A stretch of DNA of 64,000 bases, taken from contig JAUVNS010000004.1 of NCBI GenBank assembly GCA_030599585.1, positions 256,001-320,000 of the forward strand. Reading direction: 5' to 3'. This DNA comes from Promethearchaeota archaeon. Lineage in GTDB: Archaea > Asgardarchaeota > Lokiarchaeia > Sigyniarchaeales > SOKP01. Of this stretch, positions 38,868 to 48,879 are shown piece after piece. Both the position numbers and the translations under genes were made by a program. The notes beneath the pieces are model-generated. The model did not search any database. It was not told the DNA's origin and saw nothing but the letters and a program-made list of their open reading frames with translations. Numbering within the stretch: position 1 is the first letter of the stretch; each line of letters opens with the position of its first letter.

Positions 38868-40589
38868 ATGATTAAACGAAAGCGATTTATTAAAAATGTA
38901 ATATTTGCTCTTACTCTGTTTTCAATAATTCTGAGTATTTGGGCTATTTCAATTAACGAAAGCAACCTAACAACATTAGATAACGATAATTTTTTTTTAG
39001 ATTTTAAGAATAATCCTGAAGTAAAAACCGCTAGCAATGGGAATCCCCCATTGGATTACTCGGATGTATCTCAAAACGCGTCATCAATTTATAGGTTATT
39101 CGAATCTGTAAAGTTTAACATAAATGCTTCAAAATTCGATAATGCTACTTACACTATAATACAAATTCATTATTCAAACGGAATAGTAGGAGATTTTAAC
39201 ATGACAAATGTTGGTGGAACTGAAAATTTTACTTATACATTTAATCCGGGATATAACGCTCCATTAGGGTTTCAAAATGTAAGCTTTTTGATATACAATG
39301 TATCTGCTTCTCTTCTAAGCTCCGCAACCCCGATAACAAACTTCACAATTATGACCAATTACTTCATATCCCTTGACAAAACAGAATATAATAAGAACGA
39401 TACGCTCTATGCTGAATTTGGTGTAAGCAATTACCCTCAACCCTATGATTTTAATTGGAATGTGTCCGTAGTTGACAGTGATAACGAGACTTTACAAAAT
39501 GATCTATTTGATATTGGTAACAATCTTTTCCAAACCTCTATTCTAATAGATGATAGATTTGAATTCTCAAATAAAATATATTACTTTAAGCTTAACATGA
39601 CCGATGTTTCAAGCGGTACTAAGGAAGCTGCGTATCTACCTTTCAAAGTTTTGAATACTTTACCTGAAATTTCAGTGCCCTCAATTGAATTTTCAAAAAA
39701 TCCACTGAAAAGAGTAGAAGATTGCGAAATAATAGTAAATGTAACAGACGAAGATACAAATACACTTCCCGAAAATATAACAGTTTCTATAACTATCCAA
39801 ACATCTACTGGAGAATTATTAGCTCCAATTGAATTAACAAACCATAATAACTGGACTTTCTCAACTACTTTTTCGATAGCTGCTAACAAACCATTAGGTA
39901 TATATCAAATAAATATCGAAGCTGAAGACCAGTATTATGGAATAGATACCTATACTACATCTATAACAATCGAAAATAATCCTCCCCGTATTTTAAGCTA
40001 TTCCGTAAACGGAATGAGCATGAACCAAAGTATAGCTTTGAATTATGGTGAAGATTTAGTTTTTCGTTTTGATGTTAGCGATGTTGAAAACACAATTGCT
40101 TATATTACAGTAGCACTTATAGACGAAGAAAACAATTGGTATAACATCACTAGAGAATATGTGCCTGGTATGAGAATAACAATTCGTACAGAGGAATTAA
40201 TAACTGGTATTTGGTACGCTTACATCTCTGTAACAGATAACGACGGTGCTACGACACACCTTAATTCAGATTTTGATTTAGGACCTCAAGAAATCAATAT
40301 AGTTCCTGATTTATTAACACCAATTCTGCCTTGGATTAGTTTTTCTATTGGCATTATACTTGGCGTGTTAGCAGGAGTAGGTATCTTATACAAGAAATTT
40401 AAGACTAAATCTATGGATTTGAAAAAAACGCCCTCTAAAAAATCAACTAAACAAAAACCAGCAAAAAAAGCGAAGCCAGACTCTTCAAGAAAAAAAGATG
40501 AGGAAGAAAAAATTGAGAAAGTTGAAGTACGAGAAGTCGAGCCTCCCTCTAAAGAACCACAAAGAAAAATAAAAAGAAAGTTAAAATAA
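38868..40589 (+). CDS. Cell-surface glycoprotein with Ig-like repeats, C-terminal TM and charged tail
   Basis: Signal peptide; beta-rich repeats with NxxP linkers and VTDxD motifs; many sequons; TM followed by a Lys/Glu-rich tail. Confidence 0.72.
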   Translation: MIKRKRFIKNVIFALTLFSIILSIWAISINESNLTTLDNDNFFLDFKNNPEVKTASNGNPPLDYSDVSQNASSIYRLFESVKFNINASKFDNATYTIIQIHYSNGIVGDFNMTNVGGTENFTYTFNPGYNAPLGFQNVSFLIYNVSASLLSSATPITNFTIMTNYFISLDKTEYNKNDTLYAEFGVSNYPQPYDFNWNVSVVDSDNETLQNDLFDIGNNLFQTSILIDDRFEFSNKIYYFKLNMTDVSSGTKEAAYLPFKVLNTLPEISVPSIEFSKNPLKRVEDCEIIVNVTDEDTNTLPENITVSITIQTSTGELLAPIELTNHNNWTFSTTFSIAANKPLGIYQINIEAEDQYYGIDTYTTSITIENNPPRILSYSVNGMSMNQSIALNYGEDLVFRFDVSDVENTIAYITVALIDEENNWYNITREYVPGMRITIRTEELITGIWYAYISVTDNDGATTHLNSDFDLGPQEINIVPDLLTPILPWISFSIGIILGVLAGVGILYKKFKTKSMDLKKTPSKKSTKQKPAKKAKPDSSRKKDEEEKIEKVEVREVEPPSKEPQRKIKRKLK

Positions 40590-40637
40590 GAAAAATATTT
40601 TTGATCTTACATTTTTTATTTCTTTTTTTATTAGTGT

Positions 40638-41549
40638 TTAAGCTAAAATGTCGTGAAGTCGATAGTGAAACTTTCCTAATTTCCCTCCGTAATTGCCTGC
40701 ACTAATCTTATTAATACCAGGGACTTGTACGGCAGCTTGAATACCTAATTTCATTGCCTCTTTGACAATTTCCTCAGATGCGCCATCAAGTATTATCTCG
40801 TATACACAATTATCTTTTTCTCCTAATAAAGAGTTGTCAATTTTCTGTCGGAGAGTCGGGCATAGAGGATCATTTGTTGAGGCGTTTAAGAAACTGTATA
40901 CTGAGCCGACTTTAGAACCTGAACGCGCTATTCCTCCTGGAAAGGGAGCTATAACATTTTCTAAATCTTTAATTGCTTCAATAGCTTTCTCAGCAGCTTC
41001 TAATGTGGCTTTCTGTGTTTCACCATATAATAAGAAATTTCCTCCGGCTATTCCTTTTCCGACTTTGAAAACACTCTGTACTTTAAATTCCCCATCCATA
41101 ACAGGGATTTTCCATGCTTCGAATGGATAAGATCCTTCAATTTTTTCCTCAAATTTATCTCCAAAAAATTTTAATTTATACCCCGTCTTGATTTCAAATT
41201 CCTTTTCTGGAACGAGAGAGGTATTTAAAGCATCAAAACAAGCTGTTGTTGGGCAAGTTAATATACACTGTCCTATTCTGTTTAGCAAAACTTGGTCCAT
41301 CTTATCCTTTTTAGTTTTAAAAAACATCAAGGCAACTCCTGGACGATTATCAGGAGTTTTATCTGCTGGGACATACACATCAACTCCCGCCTCTGCATCA
41401 CAGTGGATTGTTGATGTTCCATATCCAGTTGCGATTTGACTAGCAATTTTTACCCAGTTTTCATTTATTGCAGTTACTAGAATTCTGGTAAAAACTGCTC
41501 CGAAGGCTTCACAAAAAGTATCTTCTATCTCCACTCCATTTAATTCCAT
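40638..41549 (-). CDS. ftr: Formylmethanofuran:tetrahydromethanopterin formyltransferase
   Basis: NGVEIEDTFCEAF, TPDNRPG, RIGQCILTCPTTACF, GIAGGN, PFPGGIARSGSK, ISAGNYGGKLG. Confidence 0.96.
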   Translation of the reverse strand: MELNGVEIEDTFCEAFGAVFTRILVTAINENWVKIASQIATGYGTSTIHCDAEAGVDVYVPADKTPDNRPGVALMFFKTKKDKMDQVLLNRIGQCILTCPTTACFDALNTSLVPEKEFEIKTGYKLKFFGDKFEEKIEGSYPFEAWKIPVMDGEFKVQSVFKVGKGIAGGNFLLYGETQKATLEAAEKAIEAIKDLENVIAPFPGGIARSGSKVGSVYSFLNASTNDPLCPTLRQKIDNSLLGEKDNCVYEIILDGASEEIVKEAMKLGIQAAVQVPGINKISAGNYGGKLGKFHYRLHDILA

Positions 41550-41722
41550 TTTCTAATCAACTTTTTATATTTTATCTCAATATGATACTAATTACAATTT
41601 TTAATAGAATTTGATAGTATATAACTTTGTAAGAATAAAAACTAAAAACGTTAATGAATTATCAATCAAAAGAATTAATAGAATTTATCAAAATATATTT
41701 AATAAATTCAAAGTTGCTAAAA

Positions 41723-42565
41723 ATGAGTGAAGAAGATAAAATATTAAAAATTGGAATATTAAAAAATGGTACAATTGGGTCCTCTTTATTACTTGCTTTT
41801 CTTATGGATGAAAGGGCGGAGTCAAAAAGAATTAATGTTCGGGAAGTTACGTCAGGAGCGAAAATGAATCCATCAGAACAATGTGTAGAAACTATGCAAA
41901 AATTGCTTGAATTCGAACCTGATTTGATTTTAATGTCAAGTCCAAATGCGGCTCTTAAAGGGCCAAAAGCAGCAAGAGAATTAACGGGAAATGTTCCTAC
42001 TATCGTGATTTCTGACGCACCTGCAAAGAAAGCTATTGATGAGTTTAAGGAGAGAAATATGGGGTACATAATTGTGGGCTGCGACTCAATGATCGGCGCG
42101 AGACGGCCTTTTCTAGACTCAGTTGAAATGAGTTGCTTTAATGCTGATTTATTAAAAGTTCTTGCGATTACTGGTGTGTTCAACATTATAACTAATGAGT
42201 TAAATAAAGTTATAATGGATATGCTTCAAGGAAAACAACCGACTTTGCCCCAAATCACAATTAATGCAACTAACGCTACAGAAGCAGCAGGATTTTCGAA
42301 CCCATATGCTCAAGCCAAAGCCTTTGCTGCTTTTGAACTTGCCGCCTCTATTTCAAAAATTACTGGAAAAGCATGCTTCAAATTGAATGAAAGAGTGGAA
42401 TATATGCCGTTATTAGCTGCAGCTCACGAAATGATGAAAGCAGCAGCAGATTTATGCATGGAAGCAAGAGAAATCGAAAAGGCTAACGATTCAGTTTTTA
42501 GAACGCCTCATCACGCTAAACAGCACATTTTAACTAAGCATAAATTACACGAAAAAGAAGCGTAA
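41723..42565 (+). CDS. mtd: F420-dependent methylene-H4MPT dehydrogenase
   Basis: KIGILKxGxIG, DERA, SGAKM, SPN-x4-GP, DSMIGARRPFLD-x-x-EM-x-x-FNAD, FSNPYA, AAHEMM, RTPH. Confidence 0.93.
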   Translation: MSEEDKILKIGILKNGTIGSSLLLAFLMDERAESKRINVREVTSGAKMNPSEQCVETMQKLLEFEPDLILMSSPNAALKGPKAARELTGNVPTIVISDAPAKKAIDEFKERNMGYIIVGCDSMIGARRPFLDSVEMSCFNADLLKVLAITGVFNIITNELNKVIMDMLQGKQPTLPQITINATNATEAAGFSNPYAQAKAFAAFELAASISKITGKACFKLNERVEYMPLLAAAHEMMKAAADLCMEAREIEKANDSVFRTPHHAKQHILTKHKLHEKEA

Positions 42566-42640
42566 ATTAAGCGATTATTCTAGGAATAAAAAAATCCTAG
42601 TTTTTATTTTAATTTATTATAAAAATTTTAGAGTTTAAAG

Positions 42641-43597
42641 TTAGAACTCATCCTTATTAAGGAATTTTTTCAAATTTTGGAAATCTTCCCCATTTAAGGA
42701 GTCAATAACTGTTTTGAATGTTTCAGAGGTTTTATTTTTTGTAACAATCATCAACACGGAGCCATTACTTACTTCTTTTACAATAATATAATTGTTGTCG
42801 CTTTCATATATGACGGTGGATAATTCTAGAGGTGACAAAGGAGAATCTGAAAGATTCATAATTTTTGTAAATATTTGGTATATATTTGATTCAAGCGTTC
42901 CTATCTCTAGTTTCATAAATTGAAGTTTATGAGATAGTTCTATTTTTCCTAAAGTTGAAGCAATTATTAGACCATCAGGTTGATTAAACAAAAAGTACTC
43001 CGAGAGTGTAATAGTCTTTAATTGATCTAGCATGTGTCTTATTTTTCCTAGTTTTTGTAGCGCTAAAGTGTTTTGTTGGATTTTAAAATCTAGAACTTCA
43101 ATTAACCTATGCTGAGCACTCCCCTCTTTCACCGATACAGGTGTAAAAGCAATTTTAGTTTTCATATCATCGGTGAGCTTAGCGATAAGTACTTCATAAA
43201 TTTCGTCTTCCTTTGATTCCTGAAGATCAGTCTTGTTTAGTAAAACGTACACTTTCTCAACTTGAGGACTATATTCAAAGATATACTTTAAAAAATTATC
43301 AAAAATTTCTTTTAAACGAGGTTCGTTTGCAGCTGAATCCACCATGAAAACTGCCGTCATTACATCAGAAAATACAAGCTCACGTTTCTTTTCAGAAAAG
43401 TATCTGTCTAAATATACTTGTTGACCACCAAGATCCCATATAGATAATTCCATAATTCCACGAAAGATAAAATTTTCCCTCGAAACTCCTTTTGTAGGCT
43501 TTAAATTGAGTACTTTCATGAAGTTATATCCTAAGCAAGTAGTACGCAACAGCGACGTTTTGCCAGCGTTTTGAGGACCAAATAATAGTACTTTTAT
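42641..43597 (-). CDS. Rag/Gtr-like small GTPase with C-terminal roadblock-like domain; apparent ATA start at 43597
   Basis: G1 GPQNAGKTS lies upstream of the track start (43549). G2 PTKG, G3 WDLGGQ, G4 NKTD. C-terminal FLFNQPDGLIIAS roadblock-like motif. Confidence 0.85.
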   Translation of the reverse strand: MKVLLFGPQNAGKTSLLRTTCLGYNFMKVLNLKPTKGVSRENFIFRGIMELSIWDLGGQQVYLDRYFSEKKRELVFSDVMTAVFMVDSAANEPRLKEIFDNFLKYIFEYSPQVEKVYVLLNKTDLQESKEDEIYEVLIAKLTDDMKTKIAFTPVSVKEGSAQHRLIEVLDFKIQQNTLALQKLGKIRHMLDQLKTITLSEYFLFNQPDGLIIASTLGKIELSHKLQFMKLEIGTLESNIYQIFTKIMNLSDSPLSPLELSTVIYESDNNYIIVKEVSNGSVLMIVTKNKTSETFKTVIDSLNGEDFQNLKKFLNKDEF

Positions 43598-43778
43598 ATC
43601 ATTTCACCATTATGCAATTTATACTTCTAATATATTTTTTATAATAGGATGTTTATTTAATTTTTTCTAATTATGGTTAATTTTATTGATATCAATTCCA
43701 TTGACGATTGAATTAAATATAATTTTAAATTACCTTAAATACAATTTAAATTTAATAGAAAAAAGAATGTGAGTAACT

Positions 43779-44306
43779 ATGAATTTGGAAGATTATATTA
43801 GAAATGTCCCTAATTTTCCTATAAAGGGAATTCAGTTTAAAGATATTACAACTTTATGTAAAGTCCATTCCTCATTTAAAGAATCTTGTGATAGGCTAGT
43901 TAATGATTTTAAAGATAAGGGGATCACGAAAGTTTGTGCTATCGAGGCTAGAGGTTATGTATGGGGTGGTGTATTAGCATACCAGTTAGGTGCGGGATTT
44001 ATTTTAATACGAAAACCTGGAAAACTGCCTGCTGAGATATTAAGTGAAACTTATGACCTTGAATATGGAACAGACACAATTGAAATGCATAAGGATGCAA
44101 TAGAAAAGGGTGAAAAAGTCTTATTATTTGACGATTTATTAGCAACTGGTGGAACCGCAAAAGCGGCTTGTAATTTAATAGAAAAGGCAGGGGGAATTGT
44201 TTCAGGAATTGCTTTTGTTATTGAACTTACAGGGAGTTTACATGGGAGAGATAAATTAGAAGGTTATGATTTTGTTAGTTTAATTAAGATTCCTGTAGAA
44301 GAATAA
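43779..44306 (+). CDS. apt: Adenine phosphoribosyltransferase
   Basis: PNFPIKGIQFKDIT, EARGY, RKPGKLP, YDLEYG, DDLLATGGT. Confidence 0.96.
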   Translation: MNLEDYIRNVPNFPIKGIQFKDITTLCKVHSSFKESCDRLVNDFKDKGITKVCAIEARGYVWGGVLAYQLGAGFILIRKPGKLPAEILSETYDLEYGTDTIEMHKDAIEKGEKVLLFDDLLATGGTAKAACNLIEKAGGIVSGIAFVIELTGSLHGRDKLEGYDFVSLIKIPVEE

Positions 44307-44448
44307 CAAAAGAATTAAAATTACTTATTTTTATGAATTTTGCTTGATCAATATTTATCCCTTAAAATTCTCCATATTTTTTAGTCTTAAAACTTAAATA
44401 ATTCTCTGAACTCACAATATTAAAATAAACATGTTATAAGGTGTAGAT

Positions 44449-45537
44449 TTGATTACTGACCTAAAACAAACTCCTTTTTACAATATGCATGTAAGATTAG
44501 GAGCACGAATGGTAGATTTTGCTGGTTTTAGCATGCCAGTTCAATACGAAAGTATTATAAAAGAGCATGAAGCAGTGCGTACTGAAGCTGGGGTTTTTGA
44601 TGTTTCTCACATGGGCGAATTTCTGTTGGAGGGTAATGATGTAATTGATTTTCTTCAGTATGTTATGATTAACGATTTAAGCTTGCTTGAACCGTCAAAA
44701 GGCCAATATTCTTGCATGTGTTACGAAAATGGAACTGTGGTTGATGATCTGGTTTATTATGAGGAAACAACAAATCGATTTAGAATGATTGTCAATGCTG
44801 GAAATATCGAGAAAGATTTTCAATGGTTAAACGAGCATATCCGTGATAAAGACGTAAATATAATCAATTTATCCTCAAAGCGATCTCGTTTAGCGTTTCA
44901 AGGACCAAAATCTGATGAATATCTCCAAACTTTGGTAGATCTCGACTTATCATCAATAAAAAGATTTTATTTTGCTGACTGCAAGTTAAGTGGGATGCCG
45001 ATTTTTTTAGCTAGAACAGGGTACACTGGTGAACGCGGATTTGAAATATCATTTGATAATGAATATGCTGAAAAAATCTGGGATGAGTTGATAAAAGCTG
45101 GAGCGTCGCCAGCTGGTTTGGGAGCTCGAGATTCGCTAAGACTTGAAGCAACTTATTCTTTATATGGTCACGAAATAAACGATTCTATAACGCCTGTAGA
45201 AGCTGGATTGTTCTGGCTCGTTAAACCAAAAGAGGGCATTGATTATATCGGGAAAAATATTTTGTTAAAACAAAAAGAAGAAGGAACCGATCGAATCATA
45301 GTTGGATTAAATCTATTGGATAGAGGTATTATTAGAGAAAAATTTAAAATTTTTAAAGACGGTGCTGAAATTGGATACGTAACCTCAGGCGGTTATTCAC
45401 CAACTCTTAAAAAAACAATTGGTTTAGGTTTAATTGAAAAACAACATAAAAGTGAAGGAACTGAACTTGAAATTGAAGTTCGGAATAAATTTCTTAAAGG
45501 AGTGGTCGTATCTACGCCGTTTTATCGTAATGTTTAA
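44449..45537 (+). CDS. gcvT: Glycine cleavage system aminomethyltransferase T
   Basis: MVDFAGFSMPVQY, FDVSHMGE, RTGYTGERGFE, GLGARDSLRLEA, LYGHE. Confidence 0.96.
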   Translation: MITDLKQTPFYNMHVRLGARMVDFAGFSMPVQYESIIKEHEAVRTEAGVFDVSHMGEFLLEGNDVIDFLQYVMINDLSLLEPSKGQYSCMCYENGTVVDDLVYYEETTNRFRMIVNAGNIEKDFQWLNEHIRDKDVNIINLSSKRSRLAFQGPKSDEYLQTLVDLDLSSIKRFYFADCKLSGMPIFLARTGYTGERGFEISFDNEYAEKIWDELIKAGASPAGLGARDSLRLEATYSLYGHEINDSITPVEAGLFWLVKPKEGIDYIGKNILLKQKEEGTDRIIVGLNLLDRGIIREKFKIFKDGAEIGYVTSGGYSPTLKKTIGLGLIEKQHKSEGTELEIEVRNKFLKGVVVSTPFYRNV

Positions 45538-45571
45538 ACTAAAAGAAGTTAAAAATAAATTGTGAAAAATT

Positions 45572-45967
45572 ATGGAATATGAATTTCCTAACGAGCTTAG
45601 GTATCTCCAAACGCATGAATGGATTCGAATAGAAGATAATATTGCAACTGTTGGGATAACAGACTATGCCCAACATCAATTAGGTGATATAGTTTACATT
45701 GAGTTACCTGAAATCGGAACCGCATTGCAGAAAGGAGGTAATGTGGTCGAAATCGAATCTGTAAAAGCGGTTGGAGAACTGATGATGCCATTATCTGGAA
45801 AAATCATCGAAGTTAATACTGGTCTTGCTGATAATCCCGAATCAGTTAATTCGTCTCCTTATGGTACTGGTTGGATGGTAAAGATAGAGATTAATAACAA
45901 AAGTGAAATTAACGAACTTTTAACTGTGGAAGCATACAAAGAAATTGTAGAAACAGAGAAAAAATAA
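45572..45967 (+). CDS. gcvH: Glycine cleavage system H protein
   Basis: HEW, GITDYAQ-x-x-LGDIVY, ESVKA (lipoyl Lys), NSSPYGTGW. Confidence 0.96.
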   Translation: MEYEFPNELRYLQTHEWIRIEDNIATVGITDYAQHQLGDIVYIELPEIGTALQKGGNVVEIESVKAVGELMMPLSGKIIEVNTGLADNPESVNSSPYGTGWMVKIEINNKSEINELLTVEAYKEIVETEKK

Positions 45968-46016
45968 ACTTTTATTCCCATTTTATATTTTATTCCTTAT
46001 ATTTTTAAAGTTTGAG

Positions 46017-47366
46017 TTGTTTAATATGGATTTTGTCCCCCACGATGATGATACTATTACTGAAATGCTTGAAGTAATAGGTGTTAATAAAATAGAAGAT
46101 TTATTTAAAGACATTCCTAAAGATTTAATAATAAATGGCTTAAATCTACCTGAAGGTTTATCGGAACCTGATGTTTTGAAGAAATTAAAAGAGCTTGGTG
46201 CTACGAATACAATCTATACAAATTCCTTTTTAGGAGCGGGATGTTATTTTCATTACATTCCTACTTTAGTGGATTTTGTGGTTAGTCGTTCAGAGTTTTA
46301 TACTTCCTACACTCCTTATCAAGCAGAGGCTAGTCAAGGGTATTTGCAAGCAATTTACGAATATCAGAGCATAATTTCTCGTCTAACTCAGATGGATGTA
46401 GCCAACGCGAGTATGTATGATGGTTCAACTGCCCTTGCTGAAGCCGCTATTATGGCATCTATTATAACAAGGAAAAACCAAATAGTAATATTAGAAGGGG
46501 TTCACCCGGAATACATTGAAGTTGTCAATACTTATTGTTGGGGTCAAAACATAGCACTCAAAATTGTACCTATAGATAAAATTGAGGACGAATTAAACCA
46601 AGAAATAGCTGCTGTTCTATTTCAAAGTCCTAATTTTTTTGGTAATATAGAAGATGTATCTGTGTTAGCAAAAAAGATTAAAAAAACGGCTCCAAATTGT
46701 TTATTAATCCAATGTATGACCGATCCTACCTGTTTAGGCGTTCTGAAGCCACCTGGTGAAACAGGTGTAGATATTTTTGTAGCAGAAGGACAATCTTTTG
46801 GAATTACTCCTTCTTTTGGTGGACCGGGGTTAGGAATTTTTGCGGTAAAAGAGAAATTTTTGCGGAAAATACCTGGGAGATTAGTTGGAAAAACTAAAGA
46901 AATTAACGGTGAGCGTGAAGGTTTTTTATTAACTCTACAAGCTCGGGAGCAACATATACGAAGAGAAAAAGCTAGTTCAAATATTTGCACAAATCAGGCA
47001 TTATGTTCATTATCGGCGTTAATTTATCTTGTTTCATTAGGAAAGACTGGATTGCGTAAAATAGCCACTCAAAACTTTCAAAAAGCTCATTATGTTAAAA
47101 AGAAAATAAAAAAAATTCCGGGTTATGAGGTTTTAAACAATAAACCTACATATAACGAGTTCATCGTAAAATGCCCCGATATCGATTCTTTAATTCAAGA
47201 ATGTAAAAAGCTCAACTTACTTCCTCCCCTTCCACTTTCAAAATACTATCCTGAAATGAAAGATGTGGCACTTATTTGCGTAACCGAATCAAATTCCCGG
47301 GAATCCATTGATAGGTTTATCAAAGCCTTAGAACTTGCTAATAACAATAAGGAGGCGAGAGATTAA
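46017..47366 (+). CDS. gcvPA: Glycine dehydrogenase (decarboxylating) subunit 1
   Basis: SFLGAG, EFYTSYTPYQAEASQG, NASMYDG, REQHIRREKASSNICTNQ. Confidence 0.96.
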   Translation: MFNMDFVPHDDDTITEMLEVIGVNKIEDLFKDIPKDLIINGLNLPEGLSEPDVLKKLKELGATNTIYTNSFLGAGCYFHYIPTLVDFVVSRSEFYTSYTPYQAEASQGYLQAIYEYQSIISRLTQMDVANASMYDGSTALAEAAIMASIITRKNQIVILEGVHPEYIEVVNTYCWGQNIALKIVPIDKIEDELNQEIAAVLFQSPNFFGNIEDVSVLAKKIKKTAPNCLLIQCMTDPTCLGVLKPPGETGVDIFVAEGQSFGITPSFGGPGLGIFAVKEKFLRKIPGRLVGKTKEINGEREGFLLTLQAREQHIRREKASSNICTNQALCSLSALIYLVSLGKTGLRKIATQNFQKAHYVKKKIKKIPGYEVLNNKPTYNEFIVKCPDIDSLIQECKKLNLLPPLPLSKYYPEMKDVALICVTESNSRESIDRFIKALELANNNKEARD

Positions 47367-48802
47367 TGGATTCAAAAGATTCTTTGATCTTTGAAAAGGG
47401 TAATAAAAATACTCAAATCAACTTCATTCCAAAGATGGATATTGAATTCGATGAACTCGAAAGCATTATTCCAAAAAATTTAATTCGAGATGAAGTTCAA
47501 ATTCCAGACATCCCTGAAGTGGAGATAGTTCGTCACTATGTAAAACTGAGTAAAATCAATTACGGTCTCGATTCAGGGATTTACCCATTGGGCTCTTGTA
47601 CGATGAAATATAATCCTAAAATCAACGAACATATAGCTCGATTAGCTGAATTTTCACAAATTCATCCTCTTCAAGAGGAAAACGAAGGTGCTCTACAATT
47701 AATACATAATATTTCAAACATGCTTGGTGAAATAACGGGTATGGACGGGTTTACGCTACAACCCGCAGCTGGAGCTCATGGAGAACTCGTCGGATTGTTA
47801 ATATTGAAAAAATTTTTTGAGACAAAAGGAGTAGTAAAGAATAAGATTATAGTTCCCGATTCTGCTCATGGAACTAATCCCGCATCGGCTAAAATGGCAG
47901 GATTTTCGATAATTGAACTACAATCAAATAAATCCGGAGAGGTTCCGCTAGATCATCTTGAATTTGCAATGCAACAAGGAGATGTTGCAGGAATTATGCT
48001 TACAAATCCTAATACACTAGGTGTTTTTGATAAACAAATTAAAGATATCACTAAAATCGTCCATAAATATGGTGGATTATGTTATTACGATGGAGCAAAT
48101 TTAAACCCCATGTTAGGAATTTGTCGCCCGAGAGATATGGGTTTTGATATAGTTCATTTAAATTTGCATAAAACTTTTTCAACACCTCATGGAGGTGGAG
48201 GTCCAGGTTCAGGACCCGTAGGGGTTACAAATGAATTGATCCCATTTCTCCCCAAACCATGCATCATTTCAACTGAAGATGGTATTGTGTGTACTCATGA
48301 CAAAACTCATTCAATAGGGAGAATAAAAGCTTTTTGGGGCAATTTTGGGATAATCCTACGCGCTTATGTATATATTCTTACGTTGGGCGCCGAAGGATTG
48401 AAAAGGGTTGGTCAAATAGCAGTATTAAACGCTAATTACCTTAGAACCCAACTACAAAAAAAGTATAATCTTCCGTATAACCGAATTTGTCAACACGAAT
48501 TTGTCTTATCCGATAAAAATATGCCAAACGAGATTACCACTGAAGATATTGCTAAACGAATATTAGATTATGGCTTTTATGCTCCAACAATTTATTTTCC
48601 ACTAGTTGTAAATGGCGCTCTAATGATTGAACCAACAGAAACAGAATCTAAAGACTCTTTAGACAAATTTATTGAAGCTATGTACCAAATTTACGAAGAA
48701 GCTTTATATGAGCCAGAAAAATTAAAAAATGCTCCATCTAATACACCTATTGGACGCCTTGACGCAGTAAATGCTGCCCGAAAGCCGATATTACGCGATT
48801 AA
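47366..48802 (+). CDS. gcvPB: Glycine dehydrogenase (decarboxylating) subunit 2
   Basis: YPLGSCTMKYNPK, QPAAGAHGE, SAHGTNPAS, HLNLHKTFSTPHGGGGPG, MIEPTETE. Confidence 0.96.
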   Translation: MDSKDSLIFEKGNKNTQINFIPKMDIEFDELESIIPKNLIRDEVQIPDIPEVEIVRHYVKLSKINYGLDSGIYPLGSCTMKYNPKINEHIARLAEFSQIHPLQEENEGALQLIHNISNMLGEITGMDGFTLQPAAGAHGELVGLLILKKFFETKGVVKNKIIVPDSAHGTNPASAKMAGFSIIELQSNKSGEVPLDHLEFAMQQGDVAGIMLTNPNTLGVFDKQIKDITKIVHKYGGLCYYDGANLNPMLGICRPRDMGFDIVHLNLHKTFSTPHGGGGPGSGPVGVTNELIPFLPKPCIISTEDGIVCTHDKTHSIGRIKAFWGNFGIILRAYVYILTLGAEGLKRVGQIAVLNANYLRTQLQKKYNLPYNRICQHEFVLSDKNMPNEITTEDIAKRILDYGFYAPTIYFPLVVNGALMIEPTETESKDSLDKFIEAMYQIYEEALYEPEKLKNAPSNTPIGRLDAVNAARKPILRD

Positions 48803-48879
48803 TTACATTTTAAGACCAATATCGGGATGTAGCAGTATAAATAATAATAAAAAAATATAGACTTAATGGTGTTGTTTTT

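Noticed and set aside
48821-48836. CGGGATGTAGCAG resembling a tRNA 5' end
   Set aside because: No D-arm, anticodon arm or TTCG T-loop follows; not a tRNA.
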